64,000 bases of DNA, taken from contig CM060731.1 in assembly GCA_030704615.1 (NCBI GenBank), forward strand, positions 16,120,001 through 16,184,000, written 5' to 3'. The position numbers and the translations under genes were made by a program. The notes below the pieces were generated by a model that saw only the letters and a list, made by a program, of their open reading frames with translations, ran no database searches and was not told the origin of the DNA. Numbering within the stretch: position 1 is the stretch's first letter; every line of letters begins with the position of its first letter. Below are positions 36,601 to 53,700 of the stretch, one piece after another. Source of the DNA: Takakia lepidozioides. Lineage: Eukaryota > Plantae > Bryophyta.

Positions 36601-37736
36601 CTTTTTACAGCTTGGTGTGAGGTGCAAGGACAGCCACATGTAAGGTGGAGAACAGTGCTGCTTTGGAGATTTTGCTTCTAATATGATGCCAATGCCTGCC
36701 CCTCGAATTAAAACTCAATCCCCTGTAATAGGAATCTGTCTTGTTGACTGTGTGTGAACAGCATGACAATTCTGGCCTCACACCCGAACCTCACAATAGA
36801 CCCTGGTAGATTTAGTGTCCACGGGGTTGTAGCAAGGACTTACAACAACACGTTGTCTCTCTTTCTAAGACACTTTACTAGTCTTGCCACCAGCTAGTCT
36901 TCTGTGGGTAGGGGTGGGTTGTCTACTTGCAGTGAGGCAAGTATCGACCATGTGCTGGATACACTATTGCTGAAGGAGTCAGGGATGGAGTTTGGGTGCA
37001 GATGTGGCCTAGAGGACCATATTTCAAGCACAAGAGGACCAGTGGATTACAGGAGATCTGCATGGGTGGACAGTCAATTCATGAAGCTAGAAGCACTGTG
37101 GGTTGATAGCTACAAGAAACCTGTGTGGGTAGATGGTTCATTGGAGAAGCTGGAAGCAGCTAGGCAGAAGTCTGGAGCAAGCCCTGGTGGAGGAGGATTG
37201 TGGGGACACATCCAGTATCACATGTCTCCTCTTCTATGATGCAGACCCCCTGAAGTTCTGGTCTTTTTTTATTATTGAAGGGTGTTCCACAAACACTCTG
37301 TTATAACTTTCATGAGGGGAAACAGTCAGCTACCCATCCTTTCAAGTTTTTCTTTTGTGTTGGGGACTAAAAGTAGTCGTGACCACATAATGGGGGAGTT
37401 TTACCCAAATGTTGTATGTTATAACTTTTTGTGAATGTGTGAAGGTGAACACAGTTGTCAGAACTTCTTCTCAGTATTCCATGCATAAAATGACAGCGAC
37501 GATGGTTCTCTCTTTGGTATAGTTGTTGCAATGGTGCACCTTGATGCTGTGATGTCTAAGGCAATTCACCAATGTTAATCTGTAGCAAGGAGCCTCTCTT
37601 CATGGGCAGATCTTTCTTTGGTAAGTTGGACTTTTTGTAAATATGTTGTTGAGGTTAAGGTTTGTGACTGAGTTTGGAGTCATGCAGGACGGCAGGGTTG
37701 TATCAGGCACACTTGTTTGAATCGTGCACCTCCACC

Positions 37737-38977
37737 ATGACAACTGCATTTGACAGACGACCAGGAGAGGGAACCCATAAGAACACCTTTGGTATTGGTC
37801 TGTGTGTGAGGCTACTATGTGATGCAGGACAACTGAAAGGGGTGCTGCGCATTTTGAACCAAGGAGGCATTCCAGCAGACTCCACATCTCCTGTAGGAGT
37901 GGATCAAGATGAAAGGCATAGCAGAGGGAGGCAGGTGCATGCCCACATTATCCAAACTGGATTCATCTTTCTACTCAACAACCTCATCAACATGTATGCT
38001 GAGTGCAGAAGTGTAGTAGATGTACGCCTAGTGTTTGAAAAAATGCTTGAAAGAGATTGTGTTCACGTGGACTAGAATGATAGCCAGCTCTGCCAAACAT
38101 GGTTGTCATAGGAAGGCCTTAGAAATGCATGAGCAAATGGTATGTGAAAGGGTGACACTCAGCAGAGTCACTTTCATTTGTGTTCTCAAGGTCTGTGCGA
38201 GACTGGCTGCCCAGGAAAAGGGCATAGAGGTGCAGGCTGACATCATCAAATGCTGGAATTGTGCCAGATACCATTTTAGAGAACATCCTCATCAACATGT
38301 ATGCCAAATGCAGGAGCATAAAGGACGCTCTGAAAATGCTCCATAGCTTGTCTAAGTGAGATTTGGTTACATGGAACGCTGTGATCATAGGATATGTTCA
38401 GCATGGAGCATCTGTTTAGGGCAGAAGGCTGCCTTACATGTCGTCATGGGTTCAAAGCTACATAGGTGTATGTTGGATGTCACCAACCCAACTATAAAAG
38501 GGGGTAATTGGGTCAATGGGTTAATGTGTGGTACCTGGTGACTTTCGGATGGCAGGTGGGACGATACTGCAAAGGTGAGAAAATTGACCACGGACATAAG
38601 TGTCAGCAGAGAAGAGCCAGGTCACTCCTACATTGAGATTGACAATCATGTGCAATCATACATTGTTGATATCCACAAATTGAGGAGATCCATGCTGAGC
38701 TGATCAGATCATCGGAGAAGATGATGGAGGCCGGGTACATGCCTGACATGCACATACACAGAGCAAATGGAAATCAACCCTTGCCACCACAGCAAGAAGC
38801 TGGCCATTGCTTTTGGGCTATCAGCACATCCTCTTGGACGCCTCTCTGTGCCTCAAGAACCTCCATGTGTGCACCAGCGTCGTCTCCAAAATTGCTAGTT
38901 GAGTACCTGTTATACAAAATGCCAACTGCTTCCACCACTTCCAAGATGGGGTCTGTTCTTGTAGCAATTACTTGTGA
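37737..38977 (+). pseudogene. Second PLS-class PPR-DYW pseudogene with large internal deletion
   Basis: N-terminal LCDAGQLKGVLRIL..GIPADS, GRQVHAHIIQTG...NNLINMYAECRSV, VTFICVLKVCARLAA, WNAVIIGYVQHG; then GRWDDTAKVRK, EPGHSYIEI, EAGYMPD, HSKKLAIAF and NANCFHHFQDGVCSCSNYL* (stop at 38975-38977). Many frameshifts. Confidence 0.9.
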
Positions 38978-40093
38978 AACCATCGACATTGCAAGAAACT
39001 GCAATCCTGCAAATGGAAATACTCCCAGGGCCCACAATTCAAAAAGCTTTCAGCTTCACTTCCCTTAGTGAATCCACCAGAGTTGAGCCAAGTAAAACTT
39101 AAGTACCTACTGATCGTATTATACTACACCAGTAGTTTATACTAATACATCGGATGGTTCTACAGGATATGCGTATTTATGAGTGACACGTGGCGTTTGT
39201 GTGCTGCAGGAAGGATATGCTGGGCACCTGTGGGGTGGGCGCTGGTCTGTGAACGCTGCGCTGCCTGCCATGCGATAGGTGCAAGAGGGAAGGGCGAGCA
39301 GCCGTCTGCCACTGGTGCCTGCAAACGCCGCATCACAAGCTTGCAAAGGAGCAGGGCTGCGCCACGTGAGCTTGGAGTCGCTGGGCTGCAACTTGCAAGG
39401 GGAGTCCTGCGCTTCTGGAAGCACCATCGGAGCTGGAGCACGTTTGGAGAAGGAGCTGCAAGGATAGGAGACTAAGAGGCGGGTTGTTGCTCTGCTGCGA
39501 ATTCCATCCTCTGTAGTCAGCACAATGTAACCCATCGCCTTCCGGGGGCCGCCTTCGGGCGTGCTGTGTGTGCTGGCTTCAAACCTGCTGCGTTTCATCT
39601 TTGACGTCGCAGTGTCTGTTTTCGTTTGTTGACGCTCTGGTGATCCCTTCCTGGGGTGCTGCTATCTCAGTTCGAAAGGTGTGTTTCGTCCCCTCTCCTT
39701 CTCCACAGCTATCTTTTCCAATCCTCCTTGCTCCGTTATCTTTGTTTTTTCTTAGCGTACTCCCCGTCATATTGGGTGTTTTTGCAAGGTGGGCAGCTGT
39801 AATCCATGTTGGGTTTTCTTCTCCCGTGTTTCTACATGATTGCCCCTGCCTCGCCATGCTCCACACTACCCCCTCCCACCCAAAAAAAAACCCCAGGCGC
39901 TCCCACCCGCTCCCTCCCACCCCCGTGGCTTGCCTCGCCCTGGAAAATTCTTATTCTTAACGATTTCGGAATCGCTTTCTCTCTTTGTAGTGATTCTTTC
40001 CTTTCACAGCACTCATCTTCTTTACCCGGTGTCTTATTCTCGGTTGTCTATTTTCAGGGTTCACATCACTTTTATTGAAGTGTTGGCACACAC

Positions 40094-40150
<57 letters not shown>

Positions 40151-40380
40151 AATCATCGGCCCGTAGATGAGCCTCTCTTCCTACTTTTGGGTTTCTTTTT
40201 TTAGACTATCTTCTGCTATGCTTTTTCTTGTTCTCCTGCAGTGAGTAGTGCCTTTTGCCATGCTATTAGTACCCCCTTCCCGCTTTTATTCCCGCCGCTC
40301 CTGTTCTATGCGACTAGCACGTGTAGTTAGCTTGTCAAGCAAGTGGCCAACAGCGGTGGAGGGGTTTTCTTTGTGCAGGG

Positions 40381-44307
<3,927 letters not shown>

Positions 44308-47300
44308 CTGGTGTGTGAGCTGTCTGATTTTGCATTCAACGTGGGTGGGTGGTGTTCACTGTACATTATAGTCGGGAGTTGGAGGATGCAGGTACATAAT
44401 ATTGGGTTTGGATCACAGTAATGTATCACTTAATCAGTCGATCACTCATGCACTGATTTGTTAGAAGGTTACTTAACAGTCTTTAATGATGAGGTTGATC
44501 AGGACCTCCAATATAGTCCCTAACCCCACATTTAAGTTTATCTCACTGCAGATGATACAGAAAATTTTGTGTCCAGAAATTGTGGGCACTGTAGGTTACC
44601 TCCACATTCGCGGAGAAACATTCATAGAGAGGTTCATAAGTATGGATTCAAGCATGATTCCTCTCAGCTGTAAAGCATCACCTGGACTACAAAAGTCATG
44701 TGATCCTGATTGCTCTGAAAACACTGGAGTTTTTTATACTTGGCAGGCGTATATCACCTGACCGTACATTTCAAATAAATTGACTTCCTGAGCTGGAGAG
44801 CTTAGTTGCTAGCTTCCCTGTTTTCCCTATCCCTGCAAGAGTAGCAGAGGATGACTTTTCCTAAATGCGAGCTTCTTCCCAGAGATCCAACGACACAGGA
44901 TGCCGCGCGATTTCTGAACTTCCTTGCACTCAATGTTTTGCCAACCAGTAACGAATCCCTACATAGTAGGCATCAAACAGCCCATATGAATCGTTTTTCA
45001 TTCTCTGGTTGTCGTGACAATGTCGCTTCGTTTGAAGTCTCTAACTTGGACATGCTACCATTTGTTTTAGCTGGAGAGGATGAATATGTGGTTCTAAGCT
45101 TAGAAGGATTCACTAATAATCAAGTTTCGAAAGTAGTACCATTCAATATTGCTATCGCAACCGCATAGGAGGCAAAACCCACATTACAAGCAGAAGACCC
45201 GCTCGAGATCTGTTACAATCAAGCACAAAAAAGATGTTCTCGAGCGCAACAAAGAAGAGAAGAAAAGACGAGAAGAGAAGAGTGATGCCTGCCTGCATAG
45301 GAGGGCAGAAGGAGTGGGCCCCCAGTGCGATCCGTTATAACACGCTGCAACCAGTCACAAGAGTGAATACTCGACCTGCATTATTTGGTTACAACAGACA
45401 CGTGGGTGCGGATCCCTGAGAGCTTGAATGTCACCACACTTGGTCCAGGTCGAGAGGATGCCGGAGTTGAGCAGGGCCCACAATTGTAGAAGTGGGTTTC
45501 TGTTGTGGGTTTCCGCGGTTACTGGGTTAGTGAGGAAGAAAGAGTATGCGGGTGATCAGGCTCGGGAATGCACGACAATGTATATAGCTTCTCGAATTCT
45601 TGGGATTTTGTCTCCCTCATTCCAATCAGTGAGGGTGACCTGGTCTGCGGAAAGAAAAGGGAGTTACTCGGTAGGTATGTCATCCGGTCTACAGATGCAG
45701 GAAAGGGTTTCAGAGAGAAAGGAGGGTGGGACCGTGCGAGTATGGTCAAAAGGAGAGTAAAAGCTTTCCAATCAGTGCCGCCCCACCACCCCAGAGGATT
45801 CCAAATCCATCACGAGGGTCTTGTCCAATCTTTGACTGTAGTGCATAATTGGGCACCCTGCAAGTGTTAAATCGTTTCTCCCCTTCCTTATCCACGGTTG
45901 GATACGGTTGTTGCCTCCATGGAACGCCAATGAAGACAGTGACGGTGGTAATGGTGTGTTGGTAGGTTGATAGTAGGTGTACTGCACTGCTTGTTACTCC
46001 CCTGCTTTTTTTGTCGGTGACATCCCGGTTTTCTTCCTTCACAAGGCGATCAGGATCATACGGTCACCTGAAATCTTTGCAGAAAGAAATTCATGGCCAG
46101 CTTTTATGAATTGTTGGACATGTCCTTCATAATGTACTTATAGGTACCACGAGCAAGCACTGGGCCCACAATCATTCGCGTTCTGCAGACTGAGGGCAAT
46201 AGACATTGGCCAGACAGACAAAAGTTTGCTGTGGGGGACTACATGTATCTGGGTTGAAGGATTAGTAAACTGGGCACAAACTCAATCTCACCAAGCCAGT
46301 TTTGTGAATAGTCCAGAATGTCATCAATCATCATAGCCGACACAGAAGACTTTAGATGTTCCTCTCAATCTTGTAGAATGATCGAAGGTCCCCCATAGTA
46401 AAGGTATCCAGTTACTATTTGAGGCAATGATTTCTGTGTGTCATTTGAGACCAGGACAAACACAAGGACGAAGAAGATACGAAGTTCCAATTAGAGAATC
46501 CCGGCAAAGGAAGACGGATGAGTAGCAGGAAAGATAATTTGCTGAGGCAGGAGAAGGGAACCAGGCTGGCCCCACCGACAGGGAGGAAGGCTGGTGAGTA
46601 CCTAGAAGCGAAGAGTCTGCGATTACAGAAAGCCAGTGCTCCTCTGCCATCCCACAACTGCTTACAGCTGGCCTGTCAACCCACCTCACGGCCTCGCTCC
46701 TCCCTGTGTCTTCTTAACCTCGAGCCCCTCCTCCCTCTCCGTGGGATCTGAGTCTCGCTACACTCGGACGTGTCAACTGCAACAGCTCCTGCGTGGTCTT
46801 CGTTCTAGCGGCGGCTTGGCCGGGATTGAATCAGGATCATTGTTATATTACATTGTCATGCAGGCTTGATCGTCCGGTAGAGGTGTCTGCGCCATAGAGG
46901 AGGAGAGGGAGGTGTGAATTACTTCTTTATCGGATAGAACTCTCTCAAGCCATGTCATATGAAGCTCTGACAAATACGGCAGCACAGGGATCGGAGCTGA
47001 GGACGTAAGTTTGTATGAACCAGCAGACTTGATGTACACATTGGTTGATGAATTCTTGGAATTCATCTGTGCAACAAGGGAGAGTAGGGCCATCGCTGAT
47101 CAAATTCCAGGGGGAATGGCCACAGCACAGCGAGCAGGGTGGACTGACATGTAGATCATTTCAAAGGAAATGTCTGGCACAGGCATTGCAGAGAACACAT
47201 TGGTTGGAGTACCTTGGATTCTGAAGGAGTGTGTTTAACAAGAAAGATTGTCCTTCAAGGCAGGTGCAGTTCGATTGTGGCGCTACAAGTATAGGCCCAG

Positions 47301-47411
47301 TAAATGTTTGTGAGAGATGTGGAATTTGCTGGAGACTGTGAGATAGTGACTCGAGATTGCCTCCAGATTATCTCTATATTGCTCTTTGTAAACAAGGGCC
47401 GACTTAGAACA

Positions 47412-48575
47412 ATGGTGTGGATTTTCAGATTTTGGGGTACAGCATCAGCTGTACTGGTAATTGCAATGCTAATTGCAGCTCTGCATTCATGGTCTCCAGT
47501 TGAAGCTATCAGAAATTCCCAATTGGCAGATTTCGACAGGCCCAAACCACCACCTGCATCACCTACTATGGGAGGACTGGAGCTGCCTGGCAGTAGCAGT
47601 CCATTCTTGTCATCTGGAAGGGTCAATGACAACTGGCCACCATTTCGGGAAGCACCTGCATTCAGGAATGGGATACAGTGCGCATTTATGAACCAAACTC
47701 AAAGTGACGTAGAGGCCACTGTGCACATTGCTATGACTCTGGATGTAGCCTATCTTCGAGGATCTATGGCTTCCATTTTCTCGATTCTAAAGCATTCGAC
47801 CTGCCCGGAGAGTATAAGCTTTCACTTCCTTGTTTCAGATCAAGATGCAGAGCTTCAGTCCCTTATCTACTCAACATTCCCCTTCCTCAGATTCAAGGTT
47901 TATCATTTTGACGAGACGATGGTGAGGTCCCGCATCTCTGCCTCAGTCAGGCAGGCCTTAGAGCAGCCCCTGAATTATGCCCGCAGCTATTTAGCAGACA
48001 TCTTGGAGCCATGTATTAAGAGAGTCATCTACCTGGATTCTGACCTTATTGTAGTCGATGACATTGTGAAACTTTGGGGCACCAGTTTGGGGTCCCATGC
48101 TGTGGGAGCCCCTGAATACTGCCATGCCAATTTCACTAACTACTTCACAGCTGCGTTCTGGTCCAACAGTTCGCTGACTAAAACATTCAAGGGAAGGAAC
48201 CCCTGCTACTTCAACACTGGAGTCATGATAATGGACCTAGCAAAATGGCGGAAGCAAACTTATAGAAGCAGAATTGAAGCCTGGATGGAGACACAGAAGG
48301 AGAGGAGAATCTACGAGCTCGGATCCCTCCCACCCTTTCTGCTGGTATTTGCGGGATTGGTAAAACCAATTGAGCATAGATGGAATCAGCATGGACTTGG
48401 AGGTGACAACTTGGAAGGGCGCTGCCGTGCACTTCATTCTGGGCCTGTCAGTCTGATGCACTGGAGTGGCAGGGGAAAACCATGGATAAGGCTGGATAAA
48501 CACACAGCTTGTGCCGTGGACCATCTGTGGGCACCTTATGACCTCCTCCTTCCAGCTGCGGCATCCAACTTTTAG
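47412..48575 (+). CDS. GATL: Galacturonosyltransferase-like protein (GT8), single coding exon
   Basis: Signal anchor after the ATG at 47412 (the ORF is open from 47304). Motifs: [32 protein letters not shown] (DxD), [34 protein letters not shown]. Confidence 0.96.
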   Translation: MVWIFRFWGTASAVLVIAMLIAALHSWSPVEAIRNSQLADFDRPKPPPASPTMGGLELPGSSSPFLSSGRVNDNWPPFREAPAFRNGIQCAFMNQTQSDVEATVHIAMTLDVAYLRGSMASIFSILKHSTCPESISFHFLVSDQDAELQSLIYSTFPFLRFKVYHFDETMVRSRISASVRQALEQPLNYARSYLADILEPCIKRVIYLDSDLIVVDDIVKLWGTSLGSHAVGAPEYCHANFTNYFTAAFWSNSSLTKTFKGRNPCYFNTGVMIMDLAKWRKQTYRSRIEAWMETQKERRIYELGSLPPFLLVFAGLVKPIEHRWNQHGLGGDNLEGRCRALHSGPVSLMHWSGRGKPWIRLDKHTACAVDHLWAPYDLLLPAAASNF

Positions 48576-50017
48576 AGAGATGTTGCCAGTACAAAGTGGA
48601 TAGAGTGCTGGTCTTCAACCCCAGAAGATGATTGTATATTAGGACACATTAGGTAGCTGTCTCACATTCACTGGGGCTTGCCTCAAAAGTTCCATTCTTT
48701 CAAAGAAGTCAAATAAATCATCCAAAGATTCTGGACCCCTACAAACAACTAACTCAGCCCGAATTCACTAAGTGGATTGATTTTCAGCTCAATCTGTAGG
48801 TCACTCATATGTGTAGTTTGGCAGTACTGTGATAGGTCCAACCAGAAGCCCATGCATTATTTTGCAATGCAGAGGCAACAGAGGCAACTGGCACCCAGTG
48901 AAGTAGGATATTTGTAACAGTGTAAGCTCTACTACAAGCATGTGCCATTCTCTGACTAATGTCAAAAGCTGAACAAACTTTTTCATCACATGTTTGGATC
49001 ATGGGGAGTGTTGGCCTGTTCTGGCCCTGTTTTTGTGTTGGATCTAGGTAATGAGGAAACGTTGCAGTCAGGTCCACTTCAGAGCACAGTTGCATGAACA
49101 CATGTATGAGATACAAAAACATGTGCTGTGTACTGTTGGAAGAGCAGAGAAGGAAACGGTGATTCAGCTCTTGCGTACATCTAACGACGAAGACGGAGAC
49201 GAGACGATGAGTATACCTTGATGTCATGTTCCTTGTCGGACCAACTCTTTTCATGATCCCTGATCCAAACTCTATGAAACGAAAATTATGCCTTTCAATC
49301 TGGGGCCCATCATTTTACTTAACTGAAAAGTCGTCCTTCAGGCCAGTTCGTCAAATTGAAACGAAAGTGCCCACTTCAGTTCCGAGAATCTGTGATGGAA
49401 GTCTCGTGCGTGAATGCAGCGGAGAAGATTGTGGGGTGAACTCTTTCCACAAGACGAGTGGCTATCGTTTTCGTTCTGACTTTTGTTGACATGGAAGGTC
49501 CATCCACCATGTTGCTAGTGGATTCATAAGGACAGAGGTACCTGGGTACTTCAGGCTACGGTCGGATTTTGTCCAAGGTGTTAGTAATAAATGTCCCTCA
49601 TCGGGAAGAAGTTGTGAATCCTCAAAGTTATTGCCCCGACAAAGATCTAGGTGATGAAACCCTGTAAGACTTTATTTACAACATGTACAATGGGTGAACC
49701 TGCATATGATGTGCATATGATGTGAAGTTCCCAAAAAGGGGGGGGAGGAACAAGAAACAAGAGAAGAAAACAAAAAGCTATAGTAAGCTACTCAACCAGC
49801 GACCAAAACAAAAGCTATAGTAAACTACTCAAGCAGAGCGACCCTCTTAGCCAACAGCCTGGAGGAGATAGGCAAAGTGTTAGGCAGAGGTGGAAGACAA
49901 GATGACGCGGAGCTAGCCACATCAACCCGATGCAAAAGAGAGATGGCTTGTGCTCTCTGCAAAGCAATTGAAACACGTTGTCAATAGTAGGCGACAAGGA
50001 CGGATGCACGTGGGATG

Positions 50018-50097
50018 CCAGTGGATCCGCTCTTGGCTTCATGATATGCACATGTCCCCAGTGGATCCGCTCTTGGCTTCATGATATGCACATGTCC
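50018..50097. repeat. Perfect tandem duplication, 2 x 40 bp, upstream of WDR11
   Basis: CCAGTGGATCCGCTCTTGGCTTCATGATATGCACATGTCC occurs twice. Confidence 0.95.
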
Positions 50098-50747
50098 GCA
50101 GAAAATCGTCGAAGTGCCGGTGCGATGAGCCAAATATTTCAACCACCACCGCCATTGGAACGTGTCGGTTGGGTGACGATCGAGAGACTCCTGCACAACT
50201 GCATGATGACTTATCCTCTTGTCCTCTATGTAAACTCAACATATTGGCTGTCTCCGTAGTCCATAATTCGTTGAAGATTATGGAGCTGCATGGAGAGCGC
50301 GCAAGGGGATGCGTTGACTGCTAATGGAAGTAATCGGATCGGAGATCGGGCACCATTGGGTGTTCTTACAGTACGTGGAAAGCTTCATTTAGTGCTTATG
50401 TATTGCTGGAAGTGAGGGTATGGACTAGGGCAGCAGCTGTATTCAGCATTTGCAGACTGTGTCAAGGACGATGTCACCAACTACACTCTAGTCGGGACAT
50501 GATGACATCTATGCCTGCGAACTGCACATATGCTGGAGCTTAGAGAGACGGGAAGGGGGAGGCGACGAGCATGGAGGGAAAGAAGAAGAAATTTAAGGCA
50601 GAGGGTGTTGCATTTGAATTGAGAAGAAGCGCAACGGAGGCCCGCAGGATTGGGAAGTAAGTAGGTAAGAGGAATAGTGCGATGCGGTAATGTGCTACAA
50701 GCACACAGACTCCCCTTCACGTTTTTTCATAGTTGGAGGAAAACGGA

Positions 50748-53700
50748 ATGACAGGGACGGGGGCAGGAGTGGGTGGGGTTTTGGCTGGCCCAGCAGGCAA
50801 GGAGAATGGAGGAGCTGCAGATTGCAGTACGCACGGGCTAGTAGCTTATGGGGCTGGCAGTAATGTCGTGGTGATGGATGTGCGCTCCATGCAGCTGGTC
50901 GTGGTGCTGCCCATGCCTGCAATTAAAAGTGCCCCCCTTCTTCCAGCCCCATTTGTGACAGCTCTTCAATGGAGCCCTGAAGGAATCCCTAGGGACCTTA
51001 CGCAGGATGTTTCCCCGGCACATCTGCGCTTGGCAGTGGGAGACAGGCAAGGTCGAATTGCAATCTGGGATGTGGCATCAGGAGAAGTAATGACATGGTT
51101 GGAGCTGGAGGCTGAGAAAGGAAGGCAAGGTATCCAGGATGTTTGTTGGGTATTTGGTCATCAGTGGTTGCTCGCCGCCATCCATGGTCCTTCTCTGGTG
51201 GCAATTTGGGATCCCGCCTCTGGGCGCTCCCTCTGGAGATTTGATACAGGGTCAGAACTTCTTGGGTGTGTGAAACGAGACATATTTGATACTCGGCAAT
51301 TGTGTGTCCTGGGTCTCAAGGGTCTTCTCCTCTCTATCCTTGTTGGGGGTCCGTCAGAGACAGATGTTCTTTTGAAGCAGTATGCAATATCCACCACCGA
51401 GGAAAAAGGTGCGGGCTTGTCAGTAGAGAAAGGGGGAAAAGAGGCTGGCGGTTCCACTGGGTCTACATCAGTTGGAGCTCCTGCCCTGGCATCCACCCCA
51501 GCTTTCATTGTGCGCTGCTTGTTTTCTCCTAGAACCAGAGGATTGGTTTATATCGCGTTGCCAAGGGAGATTGTGGTGTTTGACTTGGCCTTTGGAATGC
51601 CTTTGGCCTCTACAGCCTTGCCCCGTGGATGTGGCAAGCTTCTGGATCTGCTAGCAATTGTTGATGACGACATACTTTACTGTGCTCACCAGGATGGCAA
51701 AATCAGTGCATGGAAAAGACGAGAGTAAGAACTTCAGACCTCTTTCATATTGCATGTCTTAGACCTGTAATGTAGGAGGGCAGACAGGATTAATGAATAT
51801 CTACCAACTCACTTTCACTCCTTGCACACGTGACCTATTTGCAATTGAAACGATAGCTTCCTGTTTAGACCCTTGTATAGGGTAATTGCTGACATGGGAT
51901 GGGATGTACACGGGCATGTAGGGGTAGGCAGGCGTTTGCACTATGTCACATGGATGCTCTGATGCCTTCCATGGGGTCCCCAGTGCCTGCCCCAACAGTG
52001 CTTGCTGTGGTGCATTGCCCTTTGCAGCTTCATGTCCAGACTCCTGTGGGAAGCCACTTGCCCATGCTGCAGCTCAATACTCTCCCACTGGCTGACACTG
52101 TTCCTGCCCCAAGCACAGGGTTTCTTGACACCCATCCTCTTGAGGCAAAGCCTGTGGTTACCCTGGAAACCACGTTTATTTCCATCTCTGATGATGGTCG
52201 GGTCTGGAACTGGGTCATCACTGCAGACACTTCAACAAGTCAGACTGCATCTGCTGAGGGACGGAGGGAAATGTTGAGAACAACCAATACCTCATACATG
52301 GAGACAACATTCAATGAAGAAGGGGGAGAGCAGCAGATACATCAAGCAAAAGTGGGGGCCTCTATTCTAAATGGTCTTACCCCTGATCCAATCTTCCAGG
52401 TGTGTCTAAGGCTTCCATTGGGTTTTACATACAGAGGGTTTATATTCCTCGAGATAAAGAAGACAGAGGGAATTCTATGAAGGGATCTTTGGATCTGTAT
52501 AGATTATTGGAGTTATGCTTGTTGTAAGTTAATCCAACCCTTGACAAACCTGGAGGTAATGATTAGACTTGCATGTGAAGCGGCAGCACTGAGTGCAGAG
52601 TAGATCCTGATTAAGAATTTCAGTACACATTACTTTGTCCACTCCCTCTGGCTTCCTTGATTACATTACTTCAAAAGATAGAAGAACGCATGGACCCTAC
52701 CCATCTCTGAACATTAGCTTGTACCACCCCTTGCCTGTTAGATGGGTACTGATGACACGTTGGCCAAGATCCACTCTGATCATGCTGGTTCAGGTAGGTG
52801 TAGCTGTACAAATCACCATGAGCTCCACTCTGGGTTGAAAATTGTTAATAAGACGAGATTGGTCTCTAAGTGGAGTAGGCCTTCTAAGTTGGATTCAGAA
52901 CCTACCTACAAATTATCTGTTATGTTCCTCTTGACACCTTCTTAGCCTGTAGGCTGATTGGAAGTGGGTAAATGTGGCTACAGCTGAATCTGACTGGACA
53001 GTTGCAACTGCTATCATCAGCTATTACGACTCTGGCTGTGCCAACACCCTCCCTTCATGCCATCAACCCCGGTAAGGAATATGGTCACGAGGAAGGCATC
53101 CTGTTTCTAGTCTCGTATTGATACTTTCTCTCCCACTTCAGTTCACCAATCACAGGTCAACCTGCAAACTCAAGCAGAATGTCTTCTCATCATCCAGCTT
53201 GCACTGCTTGGGGATAATGGTGCCCAAATCAGTGATGACCTGCTGGTTTCACTTTAACCATAGCATGTGCAAACTGCAACCTCTTGACATATCTTAGGCT
53301 GGTGACTTAGAATGGCATATGCTATATTTGTTTACTGGTGTCACATTTGTTTGAGTGGTTGAAGGAAACCAATCTACAAGTTTGTTTGTAGAAAAGGTTA
53401 AGGTGTAAGATGACTAGTGCCTGAATGCAGGCACAGGAGGGAGCAGTGCAGGGGCTGTAGGGGTACCCCTGGTGGCTTTGGCTACACAAGGGGGCACAGT
53501 GGATCTGATGGATGCTGGCGCAAATGCTATTACGGTCTCATTTGCCGTGCATAACAATGCCATTGTCCGAGGTGTGCGCTGGCTGGGCAACACACGTTTC
53601 GTCTCATTTTCTTACTCTGAGGTCTTGATTGGCCCATTGCCTTATATGTGTGCATAAGAGATGTGCAGTTCAGGGTCTGTGAACCATAGTAGTGTGCAAA

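Noticed and set aside
34960-37240. Coding-like stretches between the NDUFAF4-like gene and the second PPR relic
   Set aside because: No recognisable domain or consistent exon chain. They may be decayed gene or N-terminal PPR sequence, but this cannot be supported.
38560-38977. U-to-C type (DYW:KP, GRP/DRH) editing domain
   Set aside because: It retains an EPG box and an FHHF..G.CSC ending typical of canonical C-to-U DYW domains.
39525-39530. Minimal ATG-TAA uORF upstream of S6K
   Set aside because: The transcription start and leader exon cannot be located from sequence, and the 6-mer is expected by chance.
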